From Paecilomyces variotii (Eukaryota): a DNA stretch of 64,000 nt. Position numbers and translations under genes: made by a program. Under the pieces are notes generated by a model. The model had not been told where the DNA came from. It searched no databases and saw nothing but the letters and a program-made list of their open reading frames with translations. The DNA lies in assembly GCA_004022145.1 (NCBI GenBank), contig RCNU01000011.1; one strand, 5' to 3'. Numbering within the stretch: position 1 is the stretch's first letter; every line of letters begins with the position of its first letter. Below are positions 60,846 to 64,000 of this stretch, in pieces.

Positions 60846-62926
60846 ATGGATCAGAACGCACCGCCGCCTTCTCCCATTCCTGCACCATATGGCCATGCCT
60901 GTGTGAACTGCGCTCGTGCCAAGTGTAAATGCATACTCCTTAGCCTTGATGGTAAATGTGAAAGGTTGGACTTTGTTATTGAGAACTTCCTCTATGAATC
61001 AATTCATTATGGCATGTACATCATGCGCTAATATAGAGGGCCAGATGCCATCGTTTGAATAAAGATTGTTAACCGTCGGAGACAGTACGGAAGCGCGGTT
61101 CTAAGAAAAGGAAGCTGAGTAGGACTGCTCAGCTTGAAGAGAAGCTTGATGACCTTGTGTCATTGTTAAAATCCACAGCGCAGTCTGTTCCTCTTTCTGC
61201 GATCGCCAATACTACAGCTCAACGGGATTCCACAACCGGCGATAATGTTCAGACACAGAGCTCACTTCCTTCCGGGAGCCAGACTGTTAGATCTGCTGAT
61301 GGCGTTTTGTGCGATAGCCTCTCAGATCGGACAATGCCTATGTCAGCGGCAGTTGGTTCGGAGCGAACTAGCAGTCAGTCACCCTCTGCGGCAGCATCAT
61401 GCGAACTCGGGCCTTCCTTGGAAGAAGATGAGGACAATCTTGAGAGATTTCGTACAAAATTCCTGAAACATTTCCCTTTTGTCTGGATCTCGCCGTCGAC
61501 GACCTCTCAACAACTTCGTCATCACAGACCCTACTTCTGGCTGTGCATCATGAGTATAATGACCAGGTCGTCCTCGCGGCAATTAGACCTGGACACCAGA
61601 ATAAGGAATATTTTAGCACAAAAGATAACGCTAGAACTCGAAAGATCTATCGATTTGCTCCTAGCTGCGCTCACATATTGTGCCTGGTACGTCGCATGTT
61701 CAACGGGGACTCCTTTTTAGAAGCAGCATTGACCGTCTCATTAGGGGCCGTTGCCAGCGAATGATACATAACGAGATGCAAACAAAACCATATATGCACG
61801 TATATACTCAGCTCGCCGTGACGGTCATATATGGCTTGGGCCTCAATAGACACCCGCCAAAGGAGTCACATGCCTTTCATGGCTGCAATCCTACTCCTCA
61901 TCTATTCCCAAAGGCAACACCATCCTCCGCCCGGACCATGGAGGAGCGGAGAGCAGTGCTTGGCTGTTTCCTTCTTACTTCGAAGTATCTTTGCCTCTTC
62001 CGCGGTAGTGAGACTGCATACTAACTTTCTCAGCGTCGCCTCCTACCTTCAGAAAATAGATGCGTTGCGCTGGACATCTCATATGGACGAGAGCCTCCGC
62101 ATCCTAGCTGAAAAGCAGGAATGCCCCACAGATATTGTCTTGGTACAGCAGGTCCGACTGCAGTTGATCTCAGAGAAAGTGGCGCAGGGACCCTGGCAGT
62201 ATGGAGCAGCTGAAAACACGAATTCTCATGAGCCCCCTCCCGCTTTTTACCTCCAGGCGCTTCAATCCCAGGTGATGGAAGCCGTGCAAAAGGCACCGCC
62301 TGAATTGCAGCACAACGGTGAGTGGGAGTTGGCGAGACATTCGCTGCATAAGCCACTGACAAGTATGAATAGAAGTAGTTCTCCTGCAGCAACATTACAC
62401 GGAACTCACCATCCAAGAAATCTCTCTGACGAGAGCACCTATTATGTCAAGTACCACCAACTTCCAGAGGCTCGAAAGTCTCTATTCATGCCTGAGCTCA
62501 GCAAAGGCGTATACGGACATATTCTGCAACATCCCACCGGCTGAATTCTTCGGAATGCCATTCTCGACTTTCTCCCAATTCGGACACTGCTTAATAGCAC
62601 TTTACAAACTATCTACTCTCGAGGATCCCGCCTGGGATAAGGCCATGGTTCGAAACACGGCGGATGTGTTACTTATAATAGACCGAGTGGTTCAGATTAT
62701 GGGGCATGTAGTGGAGTTTGTGGCCGGTCCCGAGCAAGAAGACCGAACGTTCATTAAGGGAGCCGCACTGATGCGCTCCCTGCGACAGAAATGGGCGGAA
62801 AACTTGTCTACTGTCTCGGGTGAATCTGACGCGAGCCTAAACAGACAGGACCCGGAGGATATATTGAGTGCTTTCCCGCTGGAATGGCCTGATGATGCGT
62901 GGCTGAATGATATCTTTATGTGCTAG
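60846..62926 (+). pseudogene. Zn2Cys6 transcription factor with in-frame TAA (61070-61072) just after the sixth Cys
   Basis: ACVNCARAKCKC..CER/CHRLNKDC*PSETVRKR..LEEKLDDLVSLL. The downstream fungal TF region (RTMEERRAVLGCF) is otherwise uninterrupted. Confidence 0.75.
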
Positions 62927-63057
62927 GCTATTAACGAATTAGACTGTATAACTAGAGAAGAGGTTAAAAGTATCATCTTCATGAATATTAAATGATCAAA
63001 ACTGCGAATTTAATAAAGATAAAATAGGCATTAGGAGAGAATAAATTACAGAGATCG

Positions 63058-63100
63058 CCGTTTCGGATTTCGGATTTAAATGCCCCACGAAACCCGGCCG
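63058..63100. promoter_or_regulatory. CCG/CGG triplet cluster upstream of the MFS gene (candidate Zn2Cys6 sites)
   Basis: ccgtttcggatttcggattt...cccggccg, containing tandem TTTCGGA. Confidence 0.4.
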
Positions 63101-63251
63101 ATCAGGCTATATATCGAAACATCTCTTATGGGAAATATAAGAATCAGGAGAAATAATCGTGAGAAGCCTTAGTTCATACGTGAATATTCGAATCCCAAGT
63201 CTTTTCTTGCCAGTCCGCACGCAGTCGACAAGCACAACAAGCTCCTCGGAA

Positions 63252-64000
63252 ATGGGAGAATACACAACAACTCCCCCAGCTGGGGACGCAGCACATGAAA
63301 AGGGACAACAATTCCTCGAAAAGCAAACGAACCAAGCGCACGGCGAAGATGACAGCGCCGATACACTCGAAAACGACGCGAGAAGCAAAGAACCAGAAGG
63401 CATCACTGGTCTCCAGCTCTTTATCCTTCTGGGCTCCCTGACGCTGGTTATATTTCTTATGATGATGGATATGTCTATTGTTTCGACGGTAAATTTATGA
63501 ATATTCGGATGGAAGGGTGCGCATGATTTGCTGACTGAGGATTGCAATAATATAGGCGACTCCCCGTATCACTAGCGACTTCAAGTCCCTTCAAGATGTG
63601 GGTTGGTATGGGAGTGCGTATCAACTTGCGAGGTATGATGCTTCCTGATCATGAGAGAAAAGAAAAAAAGTGTAATTGGAATATACTGATATGTCGTGAT
63701 CAGTGCTTCTCTGCAACCATTGACGGGGAAGTTCTACACCTATTTCAAATCAAAGGTATGTATATTCCTTTTGAAACCCGATGTTGTAATTCTTAGACAA
63801 TGATGGCCTGACATCTTGTGCCTAGTGGACTTTTCTTGTATTCTTCGGGATCTTCGAGCTTGGCTCTTTGATATGCGGCGTTGCAACTTCATCAAAGATG
63901 CTCATTGTCGGACGGGCCGTGGCCGGTATGGGCTCTTCAGGTCTTCAGAACGGAGCTTTGACTATAATGGCTGCAGCTGTGCCAATGCAGAAACGACCAG
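63252..64000 (+). CDS. MFS DHA2-type drug/toxin efflux transporter, 5' part running off the window
   Basis: [65 protein letters not shown]. Confidence 0.92.

Noticed and set aside
546..63796. Most short ORFs in the six-frame track
   Set aside because: They are antisense or alternative-frame shadows of real exons, read-throughs into introns, or start at TTG/GTG. They show no independent coding signal in a eukaryotic context.
1..64000. CRISPR arrays or rRNA genes
   Set aside because: No regularly spaced repeat-spacer units and no rRNA-like sequence.

Overview
This is fungal nuclear DNA with spliceosomal introns (GT..CTAAC..AG), and the gene content looks Eurotiales-like (Aspergillus/Paecilomyces/Talaromyces type); the species cannot be fixed from sequence alone. 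The ORF track splits most genes at introns, so I rebuilt the gene models by hand. Family assignments come from recalled motifs, not database searches. The conserved genes are RPC19/AC19, complex I NDUFA6, LOC1, an Eht1/YheT-type hydrolase, an F-box protein, the Scc4 cohesin loader, CENP-A/Cse4, a derlin, MIPC synthase, HIS3, a PH+LRR protein, a Sld7-like protein, an intron-containing tRNA-Arg(UCU) and VPS68. Two accessory, partly decayed islands with RIP-like TpA enrichment interrupt them: about 1-4.4 kb (three unrelated kinase-fold genes or relics) and about 12.4-24.8 kb (REase-fold gene, small zinc-finger genes, Cys-nucleophile hydrolase, GDPD plus a NAPE-PLD pseudogene). The best leads are: a divergent Tri3-type O-acetyltransferase/esterase pair; a secreted protein with GH19/lysozyme-like motifs; three genes each broken by one CpA->TpA-type in-frame stop, including a Zn2Cys6 regulator next to an MFS pump; and a GDPD intron apparently retained in frame after losing its GT donor. 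I saw no CRISPR array, rRNA or intact transposon.
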